Of a DNA stretch of 64,000 nucleotides, positions 10,219-20,269 are shown one piece after another. How positions within the stretch are numbered: position 1 is the first letter of the stretch; each line of letters opens with the position of its first letter. The position numbers were made by a program, and so were the translations under genes. Under the pieces are notes generated by a model that was not told the DNA's origin, ran no database searches, and saw only the letters and a program-made list of their open reading frames with translations. Source of the stretch: Acidobacteriota bacterium (GTDB lineage Bacteria; Acidobacteriota; CAIWXX01). The stretch is from NCBI GenBank assembly GCA_040755995.1, contig JBFMAF010000032.1, positions 257,306 to 321,305 of the forward strand. Reading direction: 5' to 3'.

Positions 10219-10462
10219 TCGCTGCATCTCGATCCAGCTCCGAAATGCTCTGTGTGAACGGCGACACGTGGTACCTCCCCACCGACATGAGGAGCTCGAC
10301 GCGCGATAGGCCTGCGAGCTGGGCTGCCCTGCCCGACGACAGCTTCTTCAGTTCAAGGAGCTTGACTGCGGCCATGGTTCTGAGTTCGCGGTCAAACTCC
10401 TCCTCGCTCTCCTTGAGAGAGAGCAAGACTTGATCCGGAACATCCAACTCAATGTGGCTCAT
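10211..10462 (-). CDS. UPF0175 family antitoxin-like protein
   Basis: ELRTMAAVKLLELKKLSSGRAAQLAGLSRVELL; AGGAGG RBS before the ATG at 10462. Confidence 0.85.
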   Translation of the reverse strand: MSHIELDVPDQVLLSLKESEEEFDRELRTMAAVKLLELKKLSSGRAAQLAGLSRVELLMSVGRYHVSPFTQSISELDRDAANA

Positions 10463-10572
10463 GATAGCCTCCTGTTGTCTGACCGGCATCGGGTCCCGGC
10501 GCGCAGCAGAGCCGAGTGCTGGATCTGGCGACAGGCACCTCAGGCGCGTGTTCCATCGCGTCATAACCAACT

Positions 10573-11988
10573 TCACCGGGCCCCGGAATCCAGGGTGTGT
10601 GCATCCTCTGCGGAATAAGCTGCCGGCTGCGAGTACTTGATCAGGACGATGTCCCCTTCGTCACTGAAGAGATGGCTGTTGATTCTCCCCGCTACGAAAA
10701 CGTTGCCGGTTGGATCGACGGCAACGGATGAGGCGGTGTCAAAATGGAAGGGCATGTCGCTGGCGGTGGCGGGTTGGCGCTTCGCCCATATACGCTTGCC
10801 CGTGACGCCGTCTACCTTCAAGGTGCCCACATCGAATTCGATACTGCCACCGGCATAGATATCCCCTTTCGCATCAGTGGCAATCGCATGCGCCTCTGCG
10901 CAGCCATTTGGATTCGAGTACTCCCTCAACCAACCCCCGATTGGGTTGTTGAGTGGTATCTTACACATCAACATTCTCCCAGAACCCTGCCCCGACCCGC
11001 AGAGCCCATCGAACCCCGCGAGAACGACACGGTCGTTTGCTGACAGGGCGATGGCTTCGTAGCCGAGGGTCCCGCTGCTGAGCTCCTCAAACCAATAGCG
11101 GGCGTCTGTGAGATGAAACCCAACCACTCGCGCCGTGGTTCCCAGGTAGCCGTCCCTCCCCCGGCCGCAGACGACCACGTACTTCGAGCGGCTGACGACC
11201 ATGCCTTTGACGGCGTCCCAATCATTGAACGAGTCCGGACGGTCGAGCTTCCACATCCGCGCTCCGTCCAGGCTGTACTGATTTATCACGAGGCGCCCGC
11301 GATAGGTCGACCCCACTGGATCCTCATATAGCCCTGCGACGAAGACGCTGCCGCCGCGCGGATCAAGGGCGATTGCGTTCCCGAGACCCAGCGAGGAGCG
11401 CACCCACTGCTTGTGCCCATCCGAGTCATACTTCAAGGTAATCTGCGTGCGCATGGATCCGCCGGCCTTTTCATGCAGTGTGCCAGCCACGTAGACGTTT
11501 CCCGAGCGATCGACGGCGAGTACATTGCCGAATGCCAGAGACGATCTGCCGCCATCGAAGCGGGCGACCCAGAGCCGATTGCCGTTCGCGTCGTACTTTG
11601 CCGTCACGATACTTGCGTCGCCGACGGATATCAGGTCGGAGAGCCGCTGCGAGGAACCGGTTACATAGACGTTGCCCTGAGCATCGACCGCCATGTCCGC
11701 GAGGTATGCGTCATAGCCATTGGGGTCGCTGTAGCGTTGGACCCACAGCTGGCTCCCTCCGCTGCCGTATTTCAACACGACGTAGTCGATGTGGCCGCTC
11801 TCACCCTGAGAATAGCCTCCGACATACGCGTCGCCCGAACGATCCAGGGCGACGCGCACGCCGACGTCGAGACCGTCCCCCGGTCCTTGATACGTCTGCA
11901 CCCACTCTCTTTGCACGCCCGCGTGGCTGGCTGCTGCCGTGAACAGAATCATAATCAATACGGGCGTCTTACCAGTATGCGTGCTCAT
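10573..11988 (-). CDS. Secreted beta-propeller protein with SBBP-like repeats
   Basis: Signal peptide; repeated AVDxxGNVYVxG...KYDxxGxxLW units; AAGGAG RBS. Confidence 0.8.
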   Translation of the reverse strand: MSTHTGKTPVLIMILFTAAASHAGVQREWVQTYQGPGDGLDVGVRVALDRSGDAYVGGYSQGESGHIDYVVLKYGSGGSQLWVQRYSDPNGYDAYLADMAVDAQGNVYVTGSSQRLSDLISVGDASIVTAKYDANGNRLWVARFDGGRSSLAFGNVLAVDRSGNVYVAGTLHEKAGGSMRTQITLKYDSDGHKQWVRSSLGLGNAIALDPRGGSVFVAGLYEDPVGSTYRGRLVINQYSLDGARMWKLDRPDSFNDWDAVKGMVVSRSKYVVVCGRGRDGYLGTTARVVGFHLTDARYWFEELSSGTLGYEAIALSANDRVVLAGFDGLCGSGQGSGRMLMCKIPLNNPIGGWLREYSNPNGCAEAHAIATDAKGDIYAGGSIEFDVGTLKVDGVTGKRIWAKRQPATASDMPFHFDTASSVAVDPTGNVFVAGRINSHLFSDEGDIVLIKYSQPAAYSAEDAHTLDSGAR

Positions 11989-12178
11989 GAAATACTCCTT
12001 CCGCGGATTGGTGTTGCAGCAATCTCCGCGCGTCTCAACACGAATCGCATTATATACGCTCAGATCCTTCTGTGGGCCCCGCGATAGCTCCCATTCCCAT
12101 TCGATTCCTCGGGAGGCGGCGCATGATGCTCCTGCACAGCGGGTCCTCAGCGCCCATCAGGCCCGCTCCCGGCCGCAG

Positions 12179-12403
12179 TCAGGGCAGCGCATGTCTACCG
12201 AGTGTCCCGATCGGTCTGTTGGCGCTCTCCTCCACGATTGCGCTGGCCGTATCCAATGGAATCACTGCCACCATCTCATCGCTCTGTTTCGACTTGAGGA
12301 TCGCGACGCTTCCACTCATGCTGAGTGTGAGTGCGTCGGCTTCGATTTTAAGGGAAATTTCACCCTCTTTTCCTCCTCGTTGGTACACTAACCAAAGTGC
12401 CAT
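12179..12403 (-). CDS. Small hypothetical protein (74 aa)
   Basis: Strong AAAGGAGGTG RBS upstream; TTGACA-17-CATATT promoter-like site at about 12475-12503 on the minus strand. Confidence 0.6.
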   Translation of the reverse strand: MALWLVYQRGGKEGEISLKIEADALTLSMSGSVAILKSKQSDEMVAVIPLDTASAIVEESANRPIGTLGRHALP

Positions 12404-12562
12404 TCGTCATCACCTCCTTTCAAGCATCTGAGAGTTCGGCGAAAGGCTATTCACTCCTTGTGTGTTGGAGTGCCAATATGCGCCCCTGCAGGGCGGGTGT
12501 CAACATGCGAATGGAGTCCCCTGGCCTCCAGGGCGAGCTGAGTCCGGGCCCGACTGATCTCG

Positions 12563-13022
12563 CTACTTGGTGACGAAATCGAGGTAGTTCTGAGGGCCCA
12601 CGACAGTGTACTCACTGTCCGGATAGGCGTCGTGCCAGCGCCTGGGCGCTGAAGGGTGCTTCTTCGGAGACCACTTGAATTCGTAACCGAACAGCCTGCC
12701 ATCGCGCTCCTCGACGAGATCGACCTCCTGCCTGGTCTGCGATGATCTTCAGCCCCATGCCAACGTTCGGGACGTGCTGCGCTTCGTCCAGAGCGAAGAG
12801 CTGATACCCTTCGACAAACGGGATGATCTTTCGGAAGTCCTGCGAACTGAGCACATGCTGCGTGGGTAGATCATCGCCGGACGCCAACTTGTATTTCAGG
12901 GTACTGCCGGACAACATCGTCCCCAGCAGCGTGGTCTTGCCCGTTCGCCGCGGGCCATAGATGACCAGCACCTTGTTCGGTTGCAGGTAGCGCTCAAGTG
13001 GTTCGTACGCACGTTTTATCAT
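12563..13022 (-). pseudogene. AAA_14/DUF4143 ATPase with a large internal deletion and frameshift
   Basis: N-part has GPRRTGKTT (Walker A) and FALDEAQ (Walker B); after about 12731 another frame encodes QEVDLVEERDGRLFGYEFKWS...NYLDFVTK*. Confidence 0.85.
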
Positions 13023-13248
13023 AAATCTAGTGTACTGCCACTCCACACATTTGTCACAATATTAGGAAGATCGATCCCTGTTTTTCGGGGAAATCAGCGA
13101 GTGCGAGATCCGCGATGCGGGTATCTCCTACACCGGGGCGCCCAGTTGTGAATAAGCTGATTGCTTCGACGGGGATTGCGGGCTAGTATGTTTCCGGGCG
13201 CAGCAAGTCTATCAACCCGAGAGGGGTCACGCTCGCAGGAGGAATGAG

Positions 13249-14643
13249 ATGAGTATGAGGCGAGGGGCAACGGCGGCGTGTCTGGCGCTGGGACTGGCAC
13301 TTGTGTGCGGAACCCCCGCTGCGCTCCACGCGGCGCGTGTCGGTTCGTTTCTGTATTTCTGGTTCGATCCGCAGGTGATTTACAACGATGGCCGGAGCGC
13401 AACCAAGCTGCAGATCGTGACAGACAAGAAGGATGTCCGCGAGGTGTACATCATGGGCCCGAGCAGCACGGGCTGGATCGAGCTCTACGACGACGGCACG
13501 CACGGCGATCGCACCGCGGGTGACGGAACATTCACGGTCAACAACCTGACGTCCGATACGCTTGGGCTGACGAGCTACGCGCTGGACTTCGGTGGAACCC
13601 ACATGGAGTACGGCTTCGACACCAGGATCGTGAAGGGGTCGGGGAAGGTGGAGACCAGCTACGAGGTGGGAATCGGGATCGTGGACAAGGGACAGGTTTT
13701 CACCGCGACCAAGCTGGCGGCGGACATCTGGGCGAGCGAATACGCGATGTTCCTCGTCGATCCCAAGGGCAAGGCGCTCGACTCCAAGATCCCGCTGGGC
13801 TCCGTCAAGTGCGGCAAGACCGCATACTACGCCTTCCAGAAGCTTTACTCAGTCTCCCCCGACTCGTTCGACTTCGTCTTCGTGATGCCGGCAGCGCAGA
13901 TCTTCGACCCCTCCAGAGACTACGCTGAAAACGTCCCGTACGAGGTCCCCGTGAAGAACGCAGTCCAACACATCGGGCAGACGATCTTCGACAACACTGC
14001 GAATTTTGGATCGGAGGGTCGACTCCGCGGAATGGTGTACCACAGCTTTGGATACGGAGCCATACTCGATCATGAGATCGGGCATGGCTGGTCGGCGTGG
14101 GGGTTCGGGCAGAGTCTCGGCATCACGGACGGCGTCCATTGGGAGGAGAATACCGACATCGCCGGGCAGATGAGTTTGTATGTCTTCGCGCCGGGCGGAG
14201 TGACCGGTCACCTCTATTCCAACGGGGACGGCACATGGAGAATCGCTCGTGAGCCGGGTGACGACGACCGCTACTCGATGCTCGACCTCTATCTGATGGG
14301 TCTGGTGCCGCAAGGCAAGGTGCCACCAGTCCACAAGCTCATCAATCCGGACTACTCCGATCCCGACCGAGTCACGGCCGACTCCGTGGAGACTTACACG
14401 ATCAAGCAGCTCATGCAAGCGGCCGGAGGCCCGAGAGTCCCGTCGTCGAAGGATTCGCCGAAGAAGTTCAACGTGGCGCTGATCGCCGTGAAGAACAAGG
14501 CCTTCAAGCCGGCTGAAATCGCGTGGTTCTCGCTAGTGGCGAAGTACTTCAGCTCGGAGGCGAAAGGCGACCTCTCACTCACGACGTTCTACACCGCCAC
14601 CGGCAAGCGCGGGACCCTCGACGCCCGGCTGCCCCTGCCATAG
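13249..14643 (+). CDS. Secreted putative zinc metalloprotease with choice-of-anchor X-like domain
   Basis: Signal peptide; LYDDGTHGDRTAGDGTFT; HEIGH with a downstream H; YSMLDLYLMGL. Confidence 0.75.
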   Translation: MSMRRGATAACLALGLALVCGTPAALHAARVGSFLYFWFDPQVIYNDGRSATKLQIVTDKKDVREVYIMGPSSTGWIELYDDGTHGDRTAGDGTFTVNNLTSDTLGLTSYALDFGGTHMEYGFDTRIVKGSGKVETSYEVGIGIVDKGQVFTATKLAADIWASEYAMFLVDPKGKALDSKIPLGSVKCGKTAYYAFQKLYSVSPDSFDFVFVMPAAQIFDPSRDYAENVPYEVPVKNAVQHIGQTIFDNTANFGSEGRLRGMVYHSFGYGAILDHEIGHGWSAWGFGQSLGITDGVHWEENTDIAGQMSLYVFAPGGVTGHLYSNGDGTWRIAREPGDDDRYSMLDLYLMGLVPQGKVPPVHKLINPDYSDPDRVTADSVETYTIKQLMQAAGGPRVPSSKDSPKKFNVALIAVKNKAFKPAEIAWFSLVAKYFSSEAKGDLSLTTFYTATGKRGTLDARLPLP

Positions 14644-14714
14644 CTGCCAACACGCCACGCCTCCGGCGTCGGCGGCTCTGATTTGACCGGCGTGCCTGCG
14701 TGCGTGAGGAGCCC

Positions 14715-14743
14715 TTGACAGCACCACAACCGGCCGCTACATT
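14715..14743 (+). promoter_or_regulatory. Sigma70-type promoter upstream of the IscA-like gene
   Basis: TTGACA-17 bp-TACATT. Confidence 0.6.
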
Positions 14744-14842
14744 CAGGTCTTGCTTTCGTTGGAAGCAGGACAGGGCAGACGGCAGCTAGCGAACGCCACA
14801 GAGGGAGCAGGGCCGTGCGGCCGCCGGCCTGGAGGAACGACG

Positions 14843-15190
14843 TTGGGAAAAGGGATTACGAAGACCATAGACATCAGCGCGAAGGCGCGCGAGGAGCTCG
14901 TGCGGCTCGATATCAGCCACCAAGACTTTCTGCGCCTGTGGGTGGTCGCGGGAGGGTGCAAGGGGCTGACATACCAGGCCGCGATTGACGACGTGCTTTC
15001 ACCGGAGGACCAGGTCCTTTACCAGGACAGCGACATCAAGGTCGTAGCGGATCCTCAGACTGCCGCGCAGGTCGGGGGATTGCGCATCGATTACTCCGAT
15101 GACCTCATGGCCGGCGGATTCAGGTTCTCGAATCCGAACGCCACTGCGACGTGCGGGTGCGGCGCCAGCTTCTGCGGCAGCGCGCACTAG
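14843..15190 (+). CDS. HesB/IscA family Fe-S cluster assembly protein
   Basis: GGCKGLTY and FRFSNPNATATCGCGASF; TTG start after GGAGG. Confidence 0.9.
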   Translation: MGKGITKTIDISAKAREELVRLDISHQDFLRLWVVAGGCKGLTYQAAIDDVLSPEDQVLYQDSDIKVVADPQTAAQVGGLRIDYSDDLMAGGFRFSNPNATATCGCGASFCGSAH

Positions 15191-15205
15191 CCGGGAGCCT
15201 GTCAG

Positions 15206-15466
15206 GTGAAGTCCGAAACGCTCGCCGTGTCGCCTATCGGCGAGTCTCCTCGACGACACAGTTCCCATCGCGGTCTCGACCTGACCGGCGGCGAGTCAGT
15301 CTTCTGCATCAGCCAGAGACAGATGCGGCAGGCGCTGGATCTCTTCGAAGCGCGCGGGCCGGATGACCCGCTGCGCCTCGCGTTCGACGACCTGACGAGC
15401 CGCTTCACAAGGAACGAGCAAGCGGCGCTGGCCTTCCGGCTGATCGAGCAGCTGAACCGAGGCTGA
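15206..15466 (+). CDS. Small hypothetical protein
   Basis: Fills the gap after the IscA-like gene on the same strand; GGAG upstream; no motif recognised. Confidence 0.45.
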   Translation: MKSETLAVSPIGESPRRHSSHRGLDLTGGESVFCISQRQMRQALDLFEARGPDDPLRLAFDDLTSRFTRNEQAALAFRLIEQLNRG

Positions 15467-15536
15467 TCGACGCGATATCGTCCGTTCGATGTTCATCCGG
15501 ACGGCGTTTGCGGGCATCATAGCGTGCGAAACGGCA

Positions 15537-15565
15537 CCCCGGGCCGGAGGCCGGCCCGGGGGTTT
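15537..15565. terminator. GC-rich hairpin between convergent genes
   Basis: CCCCGGGCCGG-agg-CCGGCCCGGGG followed by GTTT. Confidence 0.6.
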
Positions 15566-15578
15566 GGGGTCGTGCCGG

Positions 15579-18473
15579 CTAGAACGAGTAGCGGACGCCG
15601 AAGCGGACGACGCGCGGGTACATCAGGTCCTGCACCTGGTTGGCGCTGCTGCTGTCGAGACGTTCAGCAATCGCGAGAGGGGTGTTCTTGTTGAGGACGT
15701 TGAAAACGTCGAGGTCCAGGCTGACGTTGCCCTTCTCGCCCAGCGAGATGGCCTTCGACACGCGCAGGTCCAACTCGATCACGTTGGGCATCTTCGTCTC
15801 GCCGATCTCTTGCGCCCAGACGTTCTTGCCCGAGGAGCCGGGGTCGACCCTCGACTCGCGCTGGAAGTACACGATCGGGAATCCCTCTCGGGCGATGAGG
15901 TTGCCGGAGGCGCTGAGGCCATATGGTAGCTGGTACATGCCGTTCATCAGCATCTGCCACTTCGGCGTGCCTACCCAGTAGTCGGTCTTGCCGCTGCCTG
16001 AGATGGTGACGAGATTGCCGCCGTCGACAAGGTTGGTCGGGTCTGCCATGCCCGCTGTACCGTCAAAATACTCCCTGTCCGTCTGATAGTTGAAGGATGC
16101 ATTGAGCATCCACTTGTTGCTCAGGCGCTTGGTCGCGAAGAACTCCATGCCCAGGTACTTCTGGCCATAGTCCTCGCGATTGGTGTAAAGGGAATCGATC
16201 CCGGCTCCGGGCAGTTCCGCGCGAGCGTCCCTCAACCCCCAGTACGGCATGTTGTAGGCCGTTCCGTCGGGGAGCGTCCCCGTGACGTTGCCGGCAAGTT
16301 CGTAGTCGCTGAACGTGTAAGGAGCGTTCGGGTTCTTGTAGTCCGTGCCGACCTTCCACGTGAGGTTGTAGGCCTTGCGCCATACGAAGTTGCCGCCCAC
16401 CGAGAAGTTCTGCACGATCTCACGCTCGCCGCCGACGATGAATTCGAGCCGCTTCGGTGCCGTCAGGTCCCCGTCGACGACAGTGGTGGATCGGTTGGAG
16501 GTCGGATCCAGAGGATCGACGTAGTAGATCCCCACCGGGCCGTAGGCCCAGTCGATCTCATTGTCCTGCGCCAGGTGGTCGCCGTTGAGGTCCGTCCAGT
16601 AGTAATCGAGCTCCCCGGGGTAGGTCACCGGGGATAACAGCCAGTAGTCCTTGACTCCGAGCTGGTCCGCATACTGCGCGAAGCTGGCCCTCGCCAGCGT
16701 CTTGCCGTCGCCCGTCAGATCGTACGTAACCCCCAGCCTGGGCGAGATGTTGTTCCAGGTGAAGGGCGCGTCCTGGGTGGGCACGCTGATGGACGGGAGG
16801 ATGGCCGGGTACGCAGCGTTCCCTCGGACGCTGGTGTCCAGTATGGTGCCGGACTGACTGTCGAAGCGAAGCCCGAGGTTCGCGGTCAAACGGCCCTTGG
16901 TGAACGTGTCGCCTGCATAGAACGATGTGTACTGATTCAGGCTGCGGAGGCTCGAGTCGCGCATGATCCAGACAATTCCGTAGTACGCATCAGCGTACAG
17001 CATGTCCCCAGGGATGCGGGTCGAAGACTCGTTGGTGAACCTTCGGTAAGAGAACCCAAACTTGAATTCGTGGCTGCCACCGAGAGCCCGGACGAAGTAG
17101 TTCGTATCGGCTGTGAAGGTGTAAGCTGGCTGCGATGCGTCGAACCGATCATAGGTGCCGTGCCAGACGCCGTCCTCCGTACGGTACCGCTCGGCGTCCA
17201 ACCCGCCCGCGGGAACGAGGTGGTAGACGCTCTTGAGATAACTGAACTTCGCGTTCAGGTAGAGGTCCTGGTTGAAGATGTGGCTGGCCTCCACCTTGTG
17301 AATATCCGTTGGGCCGTCCTGGTTGTACGTGGTCTCGATCGGCCGAGTGGCGCCCGCGCTCCTGCCGCGCTTTATCTTGTCGCCGCGGAAGTAGAAATAC
17401 GTGAGGCTGGTCCCCTCAGTGGCCTGTGCGTTGAACTTGAGGCTGATGTTCTCGAGAAGCGTGTTGTCGGGGGCTCCGTTGATGGCGGTCGTTTGGATGT
17501 CCTGGATGCCGACGGCGCCCCAGTACCAGGCCTTTTCTTTCACGATCGGGCCGCCGATCTCGATTCCGTAGTCGCGCAACTTCGTCAGCGATACCCTCTG
17601 GAACTCCGGGTTCCACTTATAGCCATCGAGCTCGGTGGAGCCGCCGTGTTGCGGCGTAGCAAGGTCCTTTGTGTTGTCGCTCTGGAGCCCCTCGCTGGTC
17701 GTGATGAACCGCGCCGAGCCCTTCGGGATATCGCCGCCGCGCTTGGTGACGAAGTTCAGTCCCAGGCCGCCGGTGGGTTGCGACGGGTCGTTCCCGCCGG
17801 TCGTGATCTCCATCTCCTCGATGGCGTCGAAATCGAAATAGGTCGTCGTGGCTCCCACGGACGCCATGTCGGTGATATTGACCCCGTCCATGTTCCACAT
17901 CGTGTTGTTGCCGCCGACGTCACCGCGACTGGTAAAGGTGGACTGCTGCCCGCCCTCGGATCCGGCGATATTGACTCGATCGACCACCACCCCCGAGATC
18001 ATCGACATCACGACCCAGGGATCGCGAGCCGTCGGGATGTTGGCGAGCATCTCGTTGCTCACGTTCTGGCCGACGCCCGTCTTCTTGGTGTCGAGGATCG
18101 GCTGCTCGGCGGTCACCGTAACCGTCTCCACGACGGCGCTTGGCTTCATCGTGATCCTGAGGTTCACAGCGCTCCCCGTCTGAACCGAAATCTGCTTCTG
18201 GACGTATGTCGCGAAGCCCTGCAGGCCGCACTCCAGATCGTAGTCGCCGGGGGAGAGCCGGATGAAGTGGAACTCGCCGGTGACTCCGGTGGACTGCGTC
18301 ATCGTCCCGATGAGCGTACCGGTAAGATCAACGGTAACGCCTGGTATCACAGCACCCGTGTCGTCGACAACAACCCCGTAGATGTGGCCCGTGTACGTCT
18401 GAGCCAAGGCGAGCCCAGGCAACACCGCAATCAATGCGACTGCCAGCAGAAACAGTGACCCTCGCGACCTCAT
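15579..18473 (-). CDS. Oar-like TonB-dependent receptor with carboxypeptidase regulatory-like N-domain
   Basis: Signal peptide; GVVVDDTGAVIPGVTV; plug region DAIEEMEITTGG; C-terminal PRVVRFGVRYSF. Confidence 0.9.
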   Translation of the reverse strand: MRSRGSLFLLAVALIAVLPGLALAQTYTGHIYGVVVDDTGAVIPGVTVDLTGTLIGTMTQSTGVTGEFHFIRLSPGDYDLECGLQGFATYVQKQISVQTGSAVNLRITMKPSAVVETVTVTAEQPILDTKKTGVGQNVSNEMLANIPTARDPWVVMSMISGVVVDRVNIAGSEGGQQSTFTSRGDVGGNNTMWNMDGVNITDMASVGATTTYFDFDAIEEMEITTGGNDPSQPTGGLGLNFVTKRGGDIPKGSARFITTSEGLQSDNTKDLATPQHGGSTELDGYKWNPEFQRVSLTKLRDYGIEIGGPIVKEKAWYWGAVGIQDIQTTAINGAPDNTLLENISLKFNAQATEGTSLTYFYFRGDKIKRGRSAGATRPIETTYNQDGPTDIHKVEASHIFNQDLYLNAKFSYLKSVYHLVPAGGLDAERYRTEDGVWHGTYDRFDASQPAYTFTADTNYFVRALGGSHEFKFGFSYRRFTNESSTRIPGDMLYADAYYGIVWIMRDSSLRSLNQYTSFYAGDTFTKGRLTANLGLRFDSQSGTILDTSVRGNAAYPAILPSISVPTQDAPFTWNNISPRLGVTYDLTGDGKTLARASFAQYADQLGVKDYWLLSPVTYPGELDYYWTDLNGDHLAQDNEIDWAYGPVGIYYVDPLDPTSNRSTTVVDGDLTAPKRLEFIVGGEREIVQNFSVGGNFVWRKAYNLTWKVGTDYKNPNAPYTFSDYELAGNVTGTLPDGTAYNMPYWGLRDARAELPGAGIDSLYTNREDYGQKYLGMEFFATKRLSNKWMLNASFNYQTDREYFDGTAGMADPTNLVDGGNLVTISGSGKTDYWVGTPKWQMLMNGMYQLPYGLSASGNLIAREGFPIVYFQRESRVDPGSSGKNVWAQEIGETKMPNVIELDLRVSKAISLGEKGNVSLDLDVFNVLNKNTPLAIAERLDSSSANQVQDLMYPRVVRFGVRYSF

Positions 18474-18648
18474 CCCTTCCTCCTCTTGATGTACAGTTGG
18501 CGTTGGAATCCCCTCGACAAGACAACACGGCAGCCTGACTCGCCCTGCTGCACCCAAACGTGGCCCCAGGCTGACGGCGCTTTCCGAAGCATGATGGCGA
18601 CCAGTCTAGCCAGAGAACGGGGGGCAAGTCAAACCGGGAGTCAGCGAT

Positions 18649-19158
18649 TCAGTGACAGAACGCGCCGGGCGCGTACTTCTCGACTCGCGAACGGTCGGGA
18701 CACTCCGATAGCAGTTCCAGCACAGTCTTGCCGAGCACCGGGTGCACGAAGCTCGGGGCGATCTCGCAGAGAGGCACCAGAACGAAGCGGCGCACGGGAA
18801 GGCGCGGATGAGGGACCGTCAGCGACGGGGTCTCTATGACCTCGCATCCGTGGAACAGCAGATCCAGGTCCAGAGTGCGGGGCTGCCCGGGGCCGGTGCG
18901 AATCCGACCGAGCCCACGCTCTACCGCGAGCATCAGCTCCACGAGCTCCGCTGCGCTCAAGATCGACGATAGCCGCGCGGCGGCGTTCAGGTATTCCGGC
19001 TGCGGGCCGCACTGCCACGGCTCCGTCTGGTAGATCGACGAGACGGCCTCAACCACCGTCGCCTGCGACCGCAGCATCTCCAATCCACGACGGATGTTCT
19101 GCTCCCGGTCCCCCAGGTTCGACCCGACCCCAATGTAGATGCCGGATGCTGCGTTCAT
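18649..19158 (-). CDS. folK: 2-amino-4-hydroxy-6-hydroxymethyldihydropteridine diphosphokinase
   Basis: IGVGSNLGD, PRTLDLDLL, PHPRL and RRFVLVPL. Confidence 0.95.
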   Translation of the reverse strand: MNAASGIYIGVGSNLGDREQNIRRGLEMLRSQATVVEAVSSIYQTEPWQCGPQPEYLNAAARLSSILSAAELVELMLAVERGLGRIRTGPGQPRTLDLDLLFHGCEVIETPSLTVPHPRLPVRRFVLVPLCEIAPSFVHPVLGKTVLELLSECPDRSRVEKYAPGAFCH

Positions 19159-19239
19159 TTCAGAGGATGATTAAACTATAAGCGTCTGGAGAAGATCAAT
19201 CATAGATGGTAAGATTGCTGGAAAGCGAGGTAGGCCGCC

Positions 19240-19719
19240 ATGATCGTGAGGATATCCGGTCTGATATGCATTCCACTAGCCGTCCTGCTCGCCACTGCGC
19301 CAGGCAGAGGCGAGAGCCTGGCCGAGGCGGCGAAGGCGCAGAAGGAATACGAGAAGAAGCTACAGGCTTCGGGCACCAAGGTGCGCACGGTCAGGCTGAC
19401 AGGTCAAGCGCTCCCGGAAGACGTCGGCGCGGTGTCGAAGATGGGGAAGCCCGCCGAGGCGTCCAGGCCGATGCCCGCCGCCGTCACAGGAGAGATCGCC
19501 AAGCAGAAGGCACTCGAGAACACGGTCGGCACGCGCGTTGACTTCATGCGGGCAGAGGTCGACCGACTGCAGAAGGAGGTCGACGAGCTCGCGACCGTCG
19601 ACGGCCGGCATTACGAGTACGGATGGAAGAAGAGCCGCCTGGACCGGCTGAAGAGCGAGCTGTCAGTGCTGGAAGAGGAGGCGCGCAAGCGCGGCCTCCC
19701 GCCGGGCGTTGTGAGGTAG
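19240..19719 (+). CDS. Secreted coiled-coil hypothetical protein
   Basis: Signal peptide, SLAEAAK and a coiled-coil ending LEEEARKRGLPPG. Confidence 0.65.
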   Translation: MIVRISGLICIPLAVLLATAPGRGESLAEAAKAQKEYEKKLQASGTKVRTVRLTGQALPEDVGAVSKMGKPAEASRPMPAAVTGEIAKQKALENTVGTRVDFMRAEVDRLQKEVDELATVDGRHYEYGWKKSRLDRLKSELSVLEEEARKRGLPPGVVR

Positions 19720-19752
19720 GATACTATACAGCCCGACATGAGTCGCGCTGTA

Positions 19753-20013
19753 CTAGGAAGCCCTCTTCCTCAGCACTCTGGCGTACACTTCTCGCAGGCG
19801 TTCATCACAGACCATCTTGATCCATGCCTGGCGTGTGATCCCTATGGACCGGCACTCCTGATCGATCAGTCTCAGAAACGGCAGCGGAAAATCGACGTTT
19901 ACGCGTTGCTTTGCCTGGAACTTCCCGCTGAAGTGCGCCGAGACGTCCTCGCCCCGCTGGGCTGCGTCCGCGATGGCTTCGATCCTGTCACGCTTGGCGA
20001 GTTTCTTGTTCAT
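19753..20013 (-). CDS. BrnA/CopG-like antitoxin
   Basis: QRVNVDFPLPFLRLIDQECRSIGITRQAWIK RHH pattern; overlaps the toxin 3' end. Confidence 0.8.
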   Translation of the reverse strand: MNKKLAKRDRIEAIADAAQRGEDVSAHFSGKFQAKQRVNVDFPLPFLRLIDQECRSIGITRQAWIKMVCDERLREVYARVLRKRAS

Positions 20014-20269
20014 ATGCCCGTTTCTCCTGTTTCGTAGACCTCCATGCAGTAACAACCCAGATGAAGCCGCCGGGCTCGTCCTCTCGGTACTCCACGAGGA
20101 AGGTCGTCGTTACACCGCGTGCGAAACCGATGATTCGGTGTTGCCGAGGATCATCGATGAGCTGGTCCTCGATGTATGGCATATCCAGCATGTCATCGAG
20201 GTCGGCGAAGTCGATGCCTCGCCTGCGTAGGACTTCCTCGCGCTTCGCCTCGTCCCACCGTATTCTCAC
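19988..20269 (-). CDS. BrnT family ribonuclease toxin
   Basis: RIRWDEAKREEVLRRRGIDF...IIG...VTAWRSTKQEKRAYE. Confidence 0.8.
   Translation of the reverse strand: MRIRWDEAKREEVLRRRGIDFADLDDMLDMPYIEDQLIDDPRQHRIIGFARGVTTTFLVEYREDEPGGFIWVVTAWRSTKQEKRAYEQETRQA

Noticed and set aside
10560..10630. attC-like end (CCGGTGAAGTTGGTTATGA, minus strand) after the SBBP gene
   Set aside because: No matching left arm or AAC core site found
12448..12476. CIRCE (HrcA) operator
   Set aside because: One half-site fits (TTGGCACTC), but the spacer is 11 rather than 9 bp and the other half is degenerate; no chaperone gene follows
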